In this document: positions 9,895 through 19,972 of the stretch, piece by piece
How the letters are laid out: the number at the start of each line of letters is the position of its first letter
Position numbering within the stretch: the first letter of the stretch is position 1
DNA from: Actinomycetota bacterium
Lineage (GTDB): Bacteria > Actinomycetota > Acidimicrobiia > Actinomarinales > Actinomarinaceae
DNA: 64,000 nt
NCBI GenBank assembly: GCA_014384285.1
Contig: JACNGE010000009.1
Span: forward strand, 13,799-77,798
Direction of reading: 5' to 3'
Notes under the pieces: model-generated
Databases searched by the model: none
Seen by the model: the letters and a program-made list of their open reading frames with translations, nothing else
Told to the model about the DNA's origin: nothing
Program-made: the position numbers and the translations under genes

Positions 9895-11823
9895 TTATTT
9901 TTCAGAAATAATTATTCCAATATCTGTAATATTATCAATCTCTAAATGACCATCATTCAATTGAATAGTGCAGTCACCGAAAATTACTTCTGAACTATGT
10001 GCATTTGTTGCAATTTTTAGAGACTTAGTTTTTTTATCCCTATTGATAATGCATAAAAGTGACTCATCTTTTAAAACTCTCCGAAATAAGACTAATTCCT
10101 CATTTGATTCAACTAATTCAAATCTTCCATATTTAAGAATAGGATTTTGATTTTTTATCTTCATAAGTTGTTTTGTGTGTGAAAGTAAATTTATGTTCCA
10201 AGTTTCTTCATGGTCCCATGGAAATGGTTCCCTATTGAATGGATCATCTGCTCCTGCAAGACCAACTTCATCACCGTAATAAATTCCTGCAATTCCTGGG
10301 AAGGTTGCTTGAAGAAATATAGCGCCGAACATTCCGTCTACATTGTCCCCACATCTATTAAGAAATCTTTTTACATCATGAGAACTCAATAAATTTTGAC
10401 ATGATGACAATGCTTCAAATGAGTACATAGAATATAGATTTGCCAAAGCATGACTGAATTGAGTTGTTGAAGTTCTTTGGGTAGCAAAAAAATCAGTCAT
10501 AGATTCTCTAAAGGAATAATTCATTGTTCCATCAAATCTATCACCTTGAAGCCATTGAGATGTATCTCCAAAAATTTCAGAGATAAGTAAAACATCTTTC
10601 TTTGAAGCTACTGCTATTTCCCTAAAATCTTTCCAAAATGAAAAATCAAGTTCTTTTGCAACGTCCATTCGCCATCCATCTATATCGAAATTTTTAATCC
10701 AGTATTCTGTAACATCTAATGCCCACTGCCTTGCTTCAGGATTAACTAAATTTACTTTGGGCATGTCTGGAACTCCCCACCAGGCTTTATAGGATGGCTC
10801 GATAATTGGTCCGTCATCTTCTTTAATTTCAACGGGGACTTTGGTCTCTTCAAAAGTCTTTTCAAGGTAAGTTTTATACTCTTCAGCATTACCATCCCAG
10901 CCAACCTTATATGTGTTGGAATACAAATGAGGTCTATGCTGTAAACGTACAGGATAATCGTATACTGTAAACCAATCTTTATATTCTGATTCATCGCCGT
11001 TGGTAATTAAATCCTGGAATGCAAAATGTCTTGGATGTACATGATTTAATGAACAATCAATAACAACCTTCATATTTTTTTTATGAGCTTCTTCTATAAG
11101 CTTTTTAAAAGCAGCATCTCCTCCAAATGATTCATCAACTTTGAAATGGTCCCATGAGTCGTACTTATGAGTGCTACCCGAAAGAAAGATTGGATTTAAA
11201 TATAGGATATTTACACCTATGTCAATTAAGTAATCTAATTTTTCAATAACGCCGTATAAATCTCCACCATGAAAACCTAATCTTGTAGGTTTACTATTCC
11301 AAGGAATTGTATTTGGCGGATTTAAAGAGCTATCACCATTTCTAAACCTGTCGGTAAAAATTTGGTACATCACTCCCCCGTAAACCCAATCAGGGATTGT
11401 ATGACGTGTAAAAATATCGGAGTTATATATCCATTTTTCAGAAGGAGAAATAAAGTTTGCTATACCACTTGTTCCAAAATATAAATTTAGATTATCTACA
11501 GTACTGGCAGCAAAGCTGAATTTTGATACAGTAGATCTAAACTCTAATTGAACCTCCCAAAATTTAAATCTATCTGTAGAGGCATAAACTTTTAGTTCTA
11601 AAGGTCTTAACAGGTCATCTTCAAGCAGAAGCCAAAGTTTATCTATTTGAGGTTCCGTATGGACTCGTATTACAGAAGTTCCATCATGTGATATTGAGAA
11701 GTATTTTTTATTATTAAAGTCAAATCGAATATCGTAATGTCCTAAATGAACATCCCCTTCAAAAAAATCAATTTTCTGGGCCTCATCTTTATCAATAAAT
11801 TCAGGTTGATGATTTTCTACCAT
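9895..11823 (-). CDS. GH13 neopullulanase/cyclomaltodextrinase-type alpha-amylase family hydrolase
   Basis: YQIFTDRF, GGDLYG, HKYD, catalytic GWRMDVA / SEIF / SSHD, IYYGDE, DPFNR. Confidence 0.9.
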   Translation of the reverse strand: MVENHQPEFIDKDEAQKIDFFEGDVHLGHYDIRFDFNNKKYFSISHDGTSVIRVHTEPQIDKLWLLLEDDLLRPLELKVYASTDRFKFWEVQLEFRSTVSKFSFAASTVDNLNLYFGTSGIANFISPSEKWIYNSDIFTRHTIPDWVYGGVMYQIFTDRFRNGDSSLNPPNTIPWNSKPTRLGFHGGDLYGVIEKLDYLIDIGVNILYLNPIFLSGSTHKYDSWDHFKVDESFGGDAAFKKLIEEAHKKNMKVVIDCSLNHVHPRHFAFQDLITNGDESEYKDWFTVYDYPVRLQHRPHLYSNTYKVGWDGNAEEYKTYLEKTFEETKVPVEIKEDDGPIIEPSYKAWWGVPDMPKVNLVNPEARQWALDVTEYWIKNFDIDGWRMDVAKELDFSFWKDFREIAVASKKDVLLISEIFGDTSQWLQGDRFDGTMNYSFRESMTDFFATQRTSTTQFSHALANLYSMYSFEALSSCQNLLSSHDVKRFLNRCGDNVDGMFGAIFLQATFPGIAGIYYGDEVGLAGADDPFNREPFPWDHEETWNINLLSHTKQLMKIKNQNPILKYGRFELVESNEELVLFRRVLKDESLLCIINRDKKTKSLKIATNAHSSEVIFGDCTIQLNDGHLEIDNITDIGIIISEK

Positions 11824-11879
11824 TTAATACTTTCTAAATCCTAAACATATATTATATACTTTATGTCGAAAGGTTTTTC

Positions 11880-13349
11880 GTGGATATAAGAAAAAGTAGT
11901 GGCCTAATTATGCATCCAACCTCATTACCAAGTAAGTATGGTATTGGAGACCTAGGTGAGAGTTCAAAATTATTTATTGATTATCTACACGAGACAAAAA
12001 CAAAAATCTGGCAGGTATTACCTTTAGGACCAACAGATGAAGTAGAATATTCCCCATATTCGAGTTCATCCTCTGTGTTGGGGAATATAAATCTAATTAA
12101 CTTAGATAATTTAAAAAATATGCAAGAAAATATTTTTGAAATACCGAAATTTTCAAATCAAATTGTTGATTACAAGAATGTCTATGAATTTAAGGAAAAA
12201 ATATTTGAAGATATTTCTAAAAATATAAACATAAATGAAAAATCTTATCAGAACTTTTTAAACAATAAAGTCATTCGAAAACATATAACTTTTTTAACAT
12301 TAGAAAAAACAAAAAAAGAAACATGGACCAACTGGAGTGAACAAGAACAAACCTACTCAGATCAACTTTTTGAGTATTTAGTTAATAAACATGAATTAGA
12401 ATTTAAATTTATTCTTTATACACAGTATGAATTTTTTCAACAATGGAATGAATTAAAAAGTTATGCAAATAGTTTGGGAATAAGTATCCTTGGAGACATT
12501 CCTATATATGTAAATCATAACTCAGCTGATGTTTGGAGTAATAGCTCTCTTTTTGAATTGGATGAGAAAGGAAACATGTCATTTGTTTCTGGTGCTGTAC
12601 CCGATGATTTCACAGTAGAAGGACAAATATGGAATACAACTTTATACAACTGGGAAAATAATCGCTCTAACGATTACCAATATTGGATAAACAAACTTCA
12701 AAACAACCTAGACAAATTTGATTACTTGAGAATCGATCATTTTGTTGGTTTTTTCCAATACTGGGCAATACCTATAAATGAGCCAGCATTAAATGGAGAA
12801 TGGAGAAAAGGTCCATGGAAAACTTTTTTTGAAATTGTAAGTAAGCATATATCTATGTCAAAGTTACTCGCTGAAGACCTCGGGGTAGTATTATCCGAAA
12901 CAGATCAGATATTGAAAGAATATAACATACCTGGGATGAAAGTTTTACAACAGAGAATTCCATCTTTAGACAAAAATGATGAAATACACCCTCAGGAATG
13001 GGGTGAAGGATTAATCGCATACACAGGGACACATGACAGCCCAACAGTTCAACAGTGGCTTGATGAAGCAAATGAAGTTCAAACTCGATATTTTAATAAT
13101 TACAAAAGTACATTAGATCTGAGTTTTAAAAATGATGTATGGGATTTTATTTCATTAGTTTGGGAATCTCCCTGCATTCTTTCCATAACAACTGTTCAAG
13201 ATTTATTAGAACTTGATAAAAAAGCAAGATTCAATATACCTGGTACCCAAAAAGGGAACTGGACTTGGAGACTTGATAACTTAAAAGAACTTGAAAAAAC
13301 AATAGAAAATTTGAAAAGTTTAAACGAAAAAAACTCGAGAATAATTTAA
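11880..13349 (+). CDS. malQ: 4-alpha-glucanotransferase (amylomaltase, GH77)
   Basis: GLIMHPTSLP, WQVLPL, GDIPIYV, LRIDHF, AEDLG, YTGTHD, NIPGT..GNW.WR; GTG start. Confidence 0.93.
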   Translation: MDIRKSSGLIMHPTSLPSKYGIGDLGESSKLFIDYLHETKTKIWQVLPLGPTDEVEYSPYSSSSSVLGNINLINLDNLKNMQENIFEIPKFSNQIVDYKNVYEFKEKIFEDISKNININEKSYQNFLNNKVIRKHITFLTLEKTKKETWTNWSEQEQTYSDQLFEYLVNKHELEFKFILYTQYEFFQQWNELKSYANSLGISILGDIPIYVNHNSADVWSNSSLFELDEKGNMSFVSGAVPDDFTVEGQIWNTTLYNWENNRSNDYQYWINKLQNNLDKFDYLRIDHFVGFFQYWAIPINEPALNGEWRKGPWKTFFEIVSKHISMSKLLAEDLGVVLSETDQILKEYNIPGMKVLQQRIPSLDKNDEIHPQEWGEGLIAYTGTHDSPTVQQWLDEANEVQTRYFNNYKSTLDLSFKNDVWDFISLVWESPCILSITTVQDLLELDKKARFNIPGTQKGNWTWRLDNLKELEKTIENLKSLNEKNSRII

Positions 13350-13636
13350 TACTGGCTTTTTATAAATTCAATTACAAGTGTAACTTCATTGTCGGTAAGT
13401 CTCTGGGCAGGCATTGAACCCATACCTTTTGTAATTGTTTGAACCCAATAAGAATCTGACATTTGAGCTGCATTTGAATCTGCCTTCAAACTAGGACCAA
13501 CCCTCCCAGAGAAATCTGAACCATGACAAGCAGAGCACCTAGCTGTATAGATCTCTTCACCTGAGGTCAATTCTGGTATTTCAGTAGATGTACAAGAAGT
13601 GAATATTACAAATATTAAAAAAATTATCCTTTTCAA
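13346..13636 (-). CDS. monoheme cytochrome c lipoprotein
   Basis: Signal peptide with lipobox-like FTS-C, CSACH heme motif, G..GPSL and GMGSMPA (Met axial ligand); TTG start. Confidence 0.85.
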   Translation of the reverse strand: MKRIIFLIFVIFTSCTSTEIPELTSGEEIYTARCSACHGSDFSGRVGPSLKADSNAAQMSDSYWVQTITKGMGSMPAQRLTDNEVTLVIEFIKSQY

Positions 13637-13639
13637 GAT

Positions 13640-13777
13640 TTATTCTTCTTCTAAACCGGATTTAAACTCTCTTGTTGATTTCCCTAACGATTTAGCAAGA
13701 CTTGGTAACCGCTTTGCTCCAAAGAGTAACAATAAAATTGTTAAAATTATTAATAATTCTGGAAGTCCTAATCTCAT
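13640..13777 (-). CDS. tatA: twin-arginine translocase subunit TatA (45 aa, not in the ORF track)
   Basis: Manual translation MRLGLPELLIILTILLLLFGAKRLPSLAKSLGKSTREFKSGLEEE* matches the TatA TM-FG-amphipathic pattern. Confidence 0.92.
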   Translation of the reverse strand: MRLGLPELLIILTILLLLFGAKRLPSLAKSLGKSTREFKSGLEEE

Positions 13778-13808
13778 AAACTCATTGTACCTAGATAAAT
13801 AAATTATT

Positions 13809-14708
13809 TTAAGATATTGATTTCTTTTGAATAATCGTAATTAGGAAATACCCTATGATTGAAAATACTATGAAAAATAATATTTCTTGCTGAAGTTCAA
13901 TATTAGGGAAGATAGGCTGGGTTGTGACAGCCTCTAAAACACCATCGCTATTAGTACGCGTTTCTATGGTTTTTCTAAATGGCCATATCTTTACTAGTGA
14001 ACCAATAAGAAAACCTGAAAGAAGCGAAAGAAGATTATCTTTATAATTCTCGAATAAGAAATGTAGTAAACGACTAAAAATAATTAAACCAAATATACAA
14101 CCAAACCCAAAAATGAGAATTACTCTAATGTCAAATTCTTTAATTGCTGTAATAATATATTCGTATTTTGAAAGCAAAAGAAGAATAAACGACCCGCTAA
14201 TGCCTGGGAGAATCATAGCGGTAATAGCTATTGATCCAGTAAAAAAGATAAAAATGTCACTATCTGGTATTTTAGTTGTATTGGATAGAGAAATAATAGC
14301 TGCAATAGTTATTCCACTTAGAATCCAAATTGTTTTATTGTAACTTAAATGATTTATATCTTTCAATATCAGAAAAGCAGAAGAAAGTATCAGCCCAAAG
14401 AAAAAACCCCATATTTTATATTCATGGTTGTCCAATAAAAAAACAATTATTTGAGCAAGCAAAATAACGGAAGTCCCAATTCCTAAAACCAAAATTAATA
14501 AAAAGTTACCATTTAGTTTTTTCCAGAATTCTTTCACTCCATGCTGGAATAAGATTTTAAAAAGGGTTAAATTTATATTTTTTATAGAATAAATAAGTTC
14601 TTCATATATTCCAGTAATTAGAGCGATCGTTCCACCTGACACACCGGGTACTATATCTGCAGCACCCATAGCTACCCCTTTGAAGTAAAGTTTTAACATA
14701 GTTTTCAT
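13809..14708 (-). CDS. DUF368 family membrane protein (putative undecaprenyl-phosphate translocase)
   Basis: Repeated motifs GAADIVPGVSGGT and AMILPGISGS, plus GSL.KIWP. Confidence 0.88.
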   Translation of the reverse strand: MKTMLKLYFKGVAMGAADIVPGVSGGTIALITGIYEELIYSIKNINLTLFKILFQHGVKEFWKKLNGNFLLILVLGIGTSVILLAQIIVFLLDNHEYKIWGFFFGLILSSAFLILKDINHLSYNKTIWILSGITIAAIISLSNTTKIPDSDIFIFFTGSIAITAMILPGISGSFILLLLSKYEYIITAIKEFDIRVILIFGFGCIFGLIIFSRLLHFLFENYKDNLLSLLSGFLIGSLVKIWPFRKTIETRTNSDGVLEAVTTQPIFPNIELQQEILFFIVFSIIGYFLITIIQKKSIS

Positions 14709-15863
14709 CTAATTTGTTTTGGTGCTCTTATTAAAAACCCTAAACATCAGTGGAGAAACAGTTGCAGTAAGTACAGCTAGTAATATGATTTGCTGTTCTA
14801 AATTTTTGCTTAACAAATCAAGCTCCACACCAATTTCTGCCATAGCAATAATTAAACTAAATCTTGCGGAAAGAAGAAATCCACCCGCAAAGATTTTTGA
14901 GATAGAAATCCTTGAAAATACCAAGAGTAAAGAAGGTAATAATTTAACAAGTACAGCTATTGCAAAGAGGTATAAAACATCGATATAAAAGTCTGTATTT
15001 GAAAATAACGAAATGTCGTAATTCAGACCTATGTTAATAAAGAATATAGGTATCAAAAATCCATATGAAAAACCCTTGAGGCTGCTTTCTAAACTTCCTC
15101 TATTTGGAAAAACAAAAGCAAATAAAGTTCCGGCAAGAAATGCTCCAAGAATTGCTTCAATGTCGAATAAAACAGCAACACCAACTAATGCGAGCATTAA
15201 AGCAAGAGAGCTTCTTATACCCAACTCTTCTGGATCGTTACCATCAAACATTCTTGAAAATAATTGAGGATTCCACCAAGCTAATCTTCTGAGGATTCTC
15301 AAAAGAAAAATTACAATTGCAAAGTAAAGAATAATATTTAGATTTGATATAGAAAAGCCATTTGATTTTACAACAGATGCGTAAACAGTTGCTGCTAACA
15401 AGGTTAATATATCTGCAAGTAACGCGATTATGAATAGCATTTGACCGTAATTTGACTTAATAGTGTCATCGCTTCTTAGAACTGAAATCACAATATCCAC
15501 ACTTGTTGTGCATAAGACTAAAGCTAGAAAAATTGGATATTTAAGTTCTGTAATTATTAAGAATGAAACCGCTACAGTAGAAATGTATACAACTATTGGT
15601 AAAGCTAACGATTTTATGCCTTTTTCTCGAAAAGTTTCTAATTCTATTTCGAAACCAGAAAGAAACATCAATAAAAGAAAACCTAAAACGGCTAATCCAG
15701 AAATAAATTCAGAAGGTGATACTAAATGTAAAACCGGACCGACAATTATCCCGAATGCGATTTCTAAAACAATAGATGGTACTTTTAACCGAGAACCGAC
15801 TAACGGTAATAAAAAAGCACCAAGAGAAATGACAACTAAAGATATCGCATCAAAACTTTCCAT
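14709..15863 (-). CDS. CPA2 cation:proton antiporter (start corrected to MESFDAI)
   Basis: P.IVLEI..GIIVGP, LMFLSGFEI, ILGAFLAG, GFLIPIFF; SD AGGAG before the ATG at 15863. Confidence 0.88.
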   Translation of the reverse strand: MESFDAISLVVISLGAFLLPLVGSRLKVPSIVLEIAFGIIVGPVLHLVSPSEFISGLAVLGFLLLMFLSGFEIELETFREKGIKSLALPIVVYISTVAVSFLIITELKYPIFLALVLCTTSVDIVISVLRSDDTIKSNYGQMLFIIALLADILTLLAATVYASVVKSNGFSISNLNIILYFAIVIFLLRILRRLAWWNPQLFSRMFDGNDPEELGIRSSLALMLALVGVAVLFDIEAILGAFLAGTLFAFVFPNRGSLESSLKGFSYGFLIPIFFINIGLNYDISLFSNTDFYIDVLYLFAIAVLVKLLPSLLLVFSRISISKIFAGGFLLSARFSLIIAMAEIGVELDLLSKNLEQQIILLAVLTATVSPLMFRVFNKSTKTN

Positions 15864-15870
15864 AATTCTC

Positions 15871-17274
15871 CTAATTAGGTATATAAAGTACTGACGATGA
15901 GGAATTTTGTGAAATAAATTCAGTAGTCTTTTTAATTTGCCACCCATTAGCTTGGTGGTGACCAATCACAGAAAGATCAAATTTGTCAGTTAGGGCAGTA
16001 AAAATTTTTGCTTCATTACCTTCTTCAGATAATATCTCTAGCTGTACTTCATTAGATAAAGCAGCGTCTTGAATTTTTTGAATGATGGAATTCTTAGATT
16101 CAGTACTTTCATGTGATATAAACTTTGGCTGATCAATGATAACACTGTAAGCTTTTGCATTGAGGGTAGAGGCAAGGTCAAACGATATTGTAGTTGGACT
16201 ATTCTCAGAAAAATCAGAACTTGCTAAGAATCCAATTTTACCTATTGGGGAAGTACCTCTTGAAAACATAATTGGGATGTTGTTTTTATTTGAAAAGTTA
16301 ATATAAGATCGAATATTTGAAATTTTAACTTCTGAGTCTATTGGAATAATTAAAGTTCCTATTGATAGTTCAGCTAGTTTTGATTCAATTTCCTTTAATG
16401 AATTCTTTTGGATATTTACAGTTCTAAATTTTTGATCCTTCAGGATAGCTTCGAAAGTTATTTCATCTGTTTCTTTAGAATCAGCAAATATAGTCTCTTG
16501 TGATAAAATTACTAACTCTTCTGCTTTAGTGTTTCGTGTGTAAAATTCTGCTTCTGTAAGATTGCTAAGCTCTTCTTCAGAACTGATTATGATTGCAGTA
16601 TTTTTTCCAAACTCTAATGGAAATCTTGATTCTGAACCAGAGAATAGTTTTATTACATTCCCAAAGGCTCCAGATTGTAAAACGACAGTTACAAGGTCAC
16701 CAGTTTGAAGTTCTGTATCACCATGAGGAATTACAACATTACCTTTTCTAAATAAAGCACCAACGATAAAATAATCCGATCCAATCTCTTTTAATTTTTT
16801 ACCCCTAACAGGACTATCAGCATTAACTTCCAATTCTATGGCTTCTGCACGACCTCCGGCGAATGCTTGTGAGACTACCCTTCTTGGTTCTAAAATATGC
16901 TCAAAACGTCTCGCTAAGAGAATATCTGGATGTACTAACTCAACTTCTAAATCTTGATAAGCTTTTTTATTAACTTCATTATTAACCACGGAGGATAGCC
17001 TTGTGATTTTGTGGCCTTTAGCTAATTTTAATATTTCTAAATTTACCTCGTCATCAAGAGTCAGTGTGATTAGTGCACTTGCTGTTTCTATTCCTGCTTT
17101 TTTCAAAACTAAAGTTGAGGTTCCATCACCTTGATATTTTTCAATTTGCCTATTCGGATGAAAATTTCTTAGTTTTTCTTGATCCATATCGATTACGGAC
17201 ACACTCCATCCGGTGCTAATTCTATTTATTAATTCTTTAGCTTCGCCATGCGCGCCTACAATTATTACTTTCAC
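15871..17274 (-). CDS. TrkA/RCK (N and C domains) regulator fused to a USP-like C-terminal region
   Basis: MKVIIVGA, GDGTS..VL..AG, T.DDEVN, IPHGDT.L..GD; C-terminal DLSVIG...SVLYIP resembling a USP domain. Confidence 0.8.
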   Translation of the reverse strand: MKVIIVGAHGEAKELINRISTGWSVSVIDMDQEKLRNFHPNRQIEKYQGDGTSTLVLKKAGIETASALITLTLDDEVNLEILKLAKGHKITRLSSVVNNEVNKKAYQDLEVELVHPDILLARRFEHILEPRRVVSQAFAGGRAEAIELEVNADSPVRGKKLKEIGSDYFIVGALFRKGNVVIPHGDTELQTGDLVTVVLQSGAFGNVIKLFSGSESRFPLEFGKNTAIIISSEEELSNLTEAEFYTRNTKAEELVILSQETIFADSKETDEITFEAILKDQKFRTVNIQKNSLKEIESKLAELSIGTLIIPIDSEVKISNIRSYINFSNKNNIPIMFSRGTSPIGKIGFLASSDFSENSPTTISFDLASTLNAKAYSVIIDQPKFISHESTESKNSIIQKIQDAALSNEVQLEILSEEGNEAKIFTALTDKFDLSVIGHHQANGWQIKKTTEFISQNSSSSVLYIPN

Positions 17275-17447
17275 GTGTTTAATTATGTCACAAAAATAAT
17301 TTTCATAAAGAACTACTTTAGAATTATTAGTTACAAAACCCTATAATTTCTGGGCATTATAATTTTTATATTTGTATTTTTGGAAAAATGTCCTGTTTAT
17401 GCTGAAAAATGCTTTTAAGTCCTATTAAAGAAATTTCGTTTAGGTAT

Positions 17448-18539
17448 TTAAACATTAAAGAGGAAATGCATAACATCACCATCTTGGACAATGTATTCTT
17501 TCCCTTCAGATCTTAATTTTCCTGCTTCTTTTGCGCCTTTCTCACCACCATTTTTAATAAACTCTACAAATGGAACTGTTTCTGCTCGAATAAAACCTTT
17601 CTCAAAATCACCGTGTATTTTACCAGCAGCTTTAGGTGCGCTATCCCCGATATTTATAGTCCAAGCTCTTACTTCTTGAGGACCAGCTGTAAAATATGTT
17701 TGTAATCCTAATAGTTTGTATCCAGCAGTAATTAATCTATCCAGTCCAGATTCGTCTTGTCCTAATTCCAATAAGAACTCTTTTTTTTCATCATCATCCA
17801 ATTCTGATATTTCAGCTTCAATATCTGCACAAATTGCAACAACTTCCGCTTTCTCTTGATTTGCTAAAGTTATAATTTCATCAAGGTGAGAATTATTATC
17901 TAATCCACCCTCGCCTACATTTGCAACATACAATACTGGTTTTGCTGTCAATAATTGGAATCCTTTTAATAATTTGGCTTCATCCTCATTAAATTTAAGA
18001 GACCGAACACTTTGTCCATCCTCTAATATAGGAAGAATCTTTTCTAATAGTTCACGTAATGGTAAACCATCTTTTTGACCCGATTTTGTATTTTTCATTG
18101 CTTTTTCGTATAACTTTTCAACTGAAGTTAAATCGGCCAATACTAACTCTGTATTTATAATTTCTATATCATTAGCAGGAGAAACTTTTCCTGCAACATG
18201 TACAACATCATCATTTTCAAAAGCTCTGACAACATGTACAATTGCGTCTGTCTCTTTAATATTGCTTAGAAATTGATTTCCTAAACCTTCACCCTTAGAT
18301 GCACCTTCAACTAATCCTGCGATGTCTACAAACTCCATTGTTGTGGGTATAATTTTTTTAGGTTTTACTATCTTTGCTAGTTCGTCTAGCCTCGAATCAT
18401 TGACTGCAACAATCCCAATATTCGGTTCTATTGTACAAAATGGATAATTTTCTGATTCAATCCCAGCCTGAGTTAATGCATTAAATAAGGTGGATTTTCC
18501 AACATTAGGTAAGCCAACAATTCCACATTTAAATCCCAT
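17448..18539 (-). CDS. ychF: redox-regulated ATPase YchF
   Basis: [56 protein letters not shown]. Confidence 0.97.
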   Translation of the reverse strand: MGFKCGIVGLPNVGKSTLFNALTQAGIESENYPFCTIEPNIGIVAVNDSRLDELAKIVKPKKIIPTTMEFVDIAGLVEGASKGEGLGNQFLSNIKETDAIVHVVRAFENDDVVHVAGKVSPANDIEIINTELVLADLTSVEKLYEKAMKNTKSGQKDGLPLRELLEKILPILEDGQSVRSLKFNEDEAKLLKGFQLLTAKPVLYVANVGEGGLDNNSHLDEIITLANQEKAEVVAICADIEAEISELDDDEKKEFLLELGQDESGLDRLITAGYKLLGLQTYFTAGPQEVRAWTINIGDSAPKAAGKIHGDFEKGFIRAETVPFVEFIKNGGEKGAKEAGKLRSEGKEYIVQDGDVMHFLFNV

Positions 18540-18664
18540 AAATACCTGCTATTTTAAAATATTTTTGAATCATAGATTGAATATAGTCACATAAATATTT
18601 AATTATTATGATTCTTTCCGACAAGTTTTATTTTCTTATATTAAAGTTTTTTTAGAGGGGGAAT

Positions 18665-19972
18665 ATGACAGAAAAAAATAATAAAAAAACAATATTTGGA
18701 TGGAGTTTGTACGATTGGGCTAAATCAGCATATGAAACAACTACTCTAGGTGCTATCCTTCCTGTCTATTTCGTAAGTGTCGTAGTGCCCGCAGAAGGAT
18801 TTAGTTTTAGAGGCAATCTTTATACTGGAGCTGAAGTCTGGGGTTTTGCAATTGGGTCAGCTCTCTTTATATTTTTTCTAATAATGCCGACCGTAGGAGC
18901 TATCGGAGATCTCTCTGGTAATAGGATGAGACTATTTAAAATTTTCGCTTATGGTGGTGCAGTATTTGCATCGACCTTTTATTTCGCAACTTCAGGTGAC
19001 GTAATATTTACACTAGGTATCTACTTCCTTGCACAATTTGGTGCTACTGGATCGAATGTCTTTTATGACAGTGTATTAAAGGACATCACCACTGATGATA
19101 CAATTGATAAAGTTTCTGCACGTGGTTACGCGCTGGGTTATCTTGGTGGTGGATTGCAACTAGTTCTGTCTTTAGCTCTCATCCAACTGGGTCCAGATAT
19201 GCTTGGAATTGAAGCTGCAATGGCATCTAGAATTGCAATTTCTTCAGCTGGTTTATGGTGGTTAATATTTTCGATTATGAGCTTTTCACGGATGAAAATA
19301 ACTGAAAGCAAACCAATAGTAATAGAAGGAAGTGTTTTTTCTAATGCATACGCAAAGAACTTTCGTACTTTAAAGAAAATTAGACAATTTCCCTTTCTGA
19401 TGTATTTTTTAATTGCATATCTTTTCTACTGGGATGGCCTTCAGACAGTAATTAATATGTCTGCTGCATTTTTTACAGAAGTACTTCTTTTGGACCAAAC
19501 ACAAATAATTATTGTATTTATAGTGGTGCAGTTTGTTGCATATTTTGGTGCAAAATTAGCAGGTGTTATGGCTCAAAAAATTGGACAAAAAAATACACTG
19601 TATTACACAATGTTTTTAATATTTTTAGTCGGAAATGCAGCTGCATTTATTCCTGAAAAACAATTTCTACCAGTTATCGGTTTAGGTGTTTTTACAGCGA
19701 TGGGCATGGGCGGATTGCAATCAGTTAGTAGGAGTGTTTATGCATCCATGTTACCAAAAGGTGCAGAAGGTGAGTTTATGGGTTTCTTTTCTGTTTTATC
19801 AAGATTTTCAGCTATTTGGGGTCCATTAATTTATAGTTACGTAAGTGTGTCTACTGGAAATCCAAGGTTATCCCTACCAGTCATTACATCTTTTTTTGTA
19901 ATTGGTTTTTTAATTTTAAGAAAAGTTGATATGGATAAAACAATATCTGAAGAGGAATGGGCTGCTATTTAA
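18665..19972 (+). CDS. MFS transporter, UMF1/Atg22-like family
   Basis: WSLYDWA, VFYDS.L, VSARGYALGYLGG, DGLQT, SRS.YA..LP, EFMGFF. Confidence 0.82.
   Translation: MTEKNNKKTIFGWSLYDWAKSAYETTTLGAILPVYFVSVVVPAEGFSFRGNLYTGAEVWGFAIGSALFIFFLIMPTVGAIGDLSGNRMRLFKIFAYGGAVFASTFYFATSGDVIFTLGIYFLAQFGATGSNVFYDSVLKDITTDDTIDKVSARGYALGYLGGGLQLVLSLALIQLGPDMLGIEAAMASRIAISSAGLWWLIFSIMSFSRMKITESKPIVIEGSVFSNAYAKNFRTLKKIRQFPFLMYFLIAYLFYWDGLQTVINMSAAFFTEVLLLDQTQIIIVFIVVQFVAYFGAKLAGVMAQKIGQKNTLYYTMFLIFLVGNAAAFIPEKQFLPVIGLGVFTAMGMGGLQSVSRSVYASMLPKGAEGEFMGFFSVLSRFSAIWGPLIYSYVSVSTGNPRLSLPVITSFFVIGFLILRKVDMDKTISEEEWAAI

Noticed and set aside
13599-13802. 67-aa plus-strand ORF
   Set aside because: It is the antisense shadow of tatA, which is the real gene.
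17275-17447. c-di-AMP (ydaO) riboswitch upstream of the trkA-like gene
   Set aside because: The spacer is very AT-rich with no matching stems, and the gene appears leaderless.
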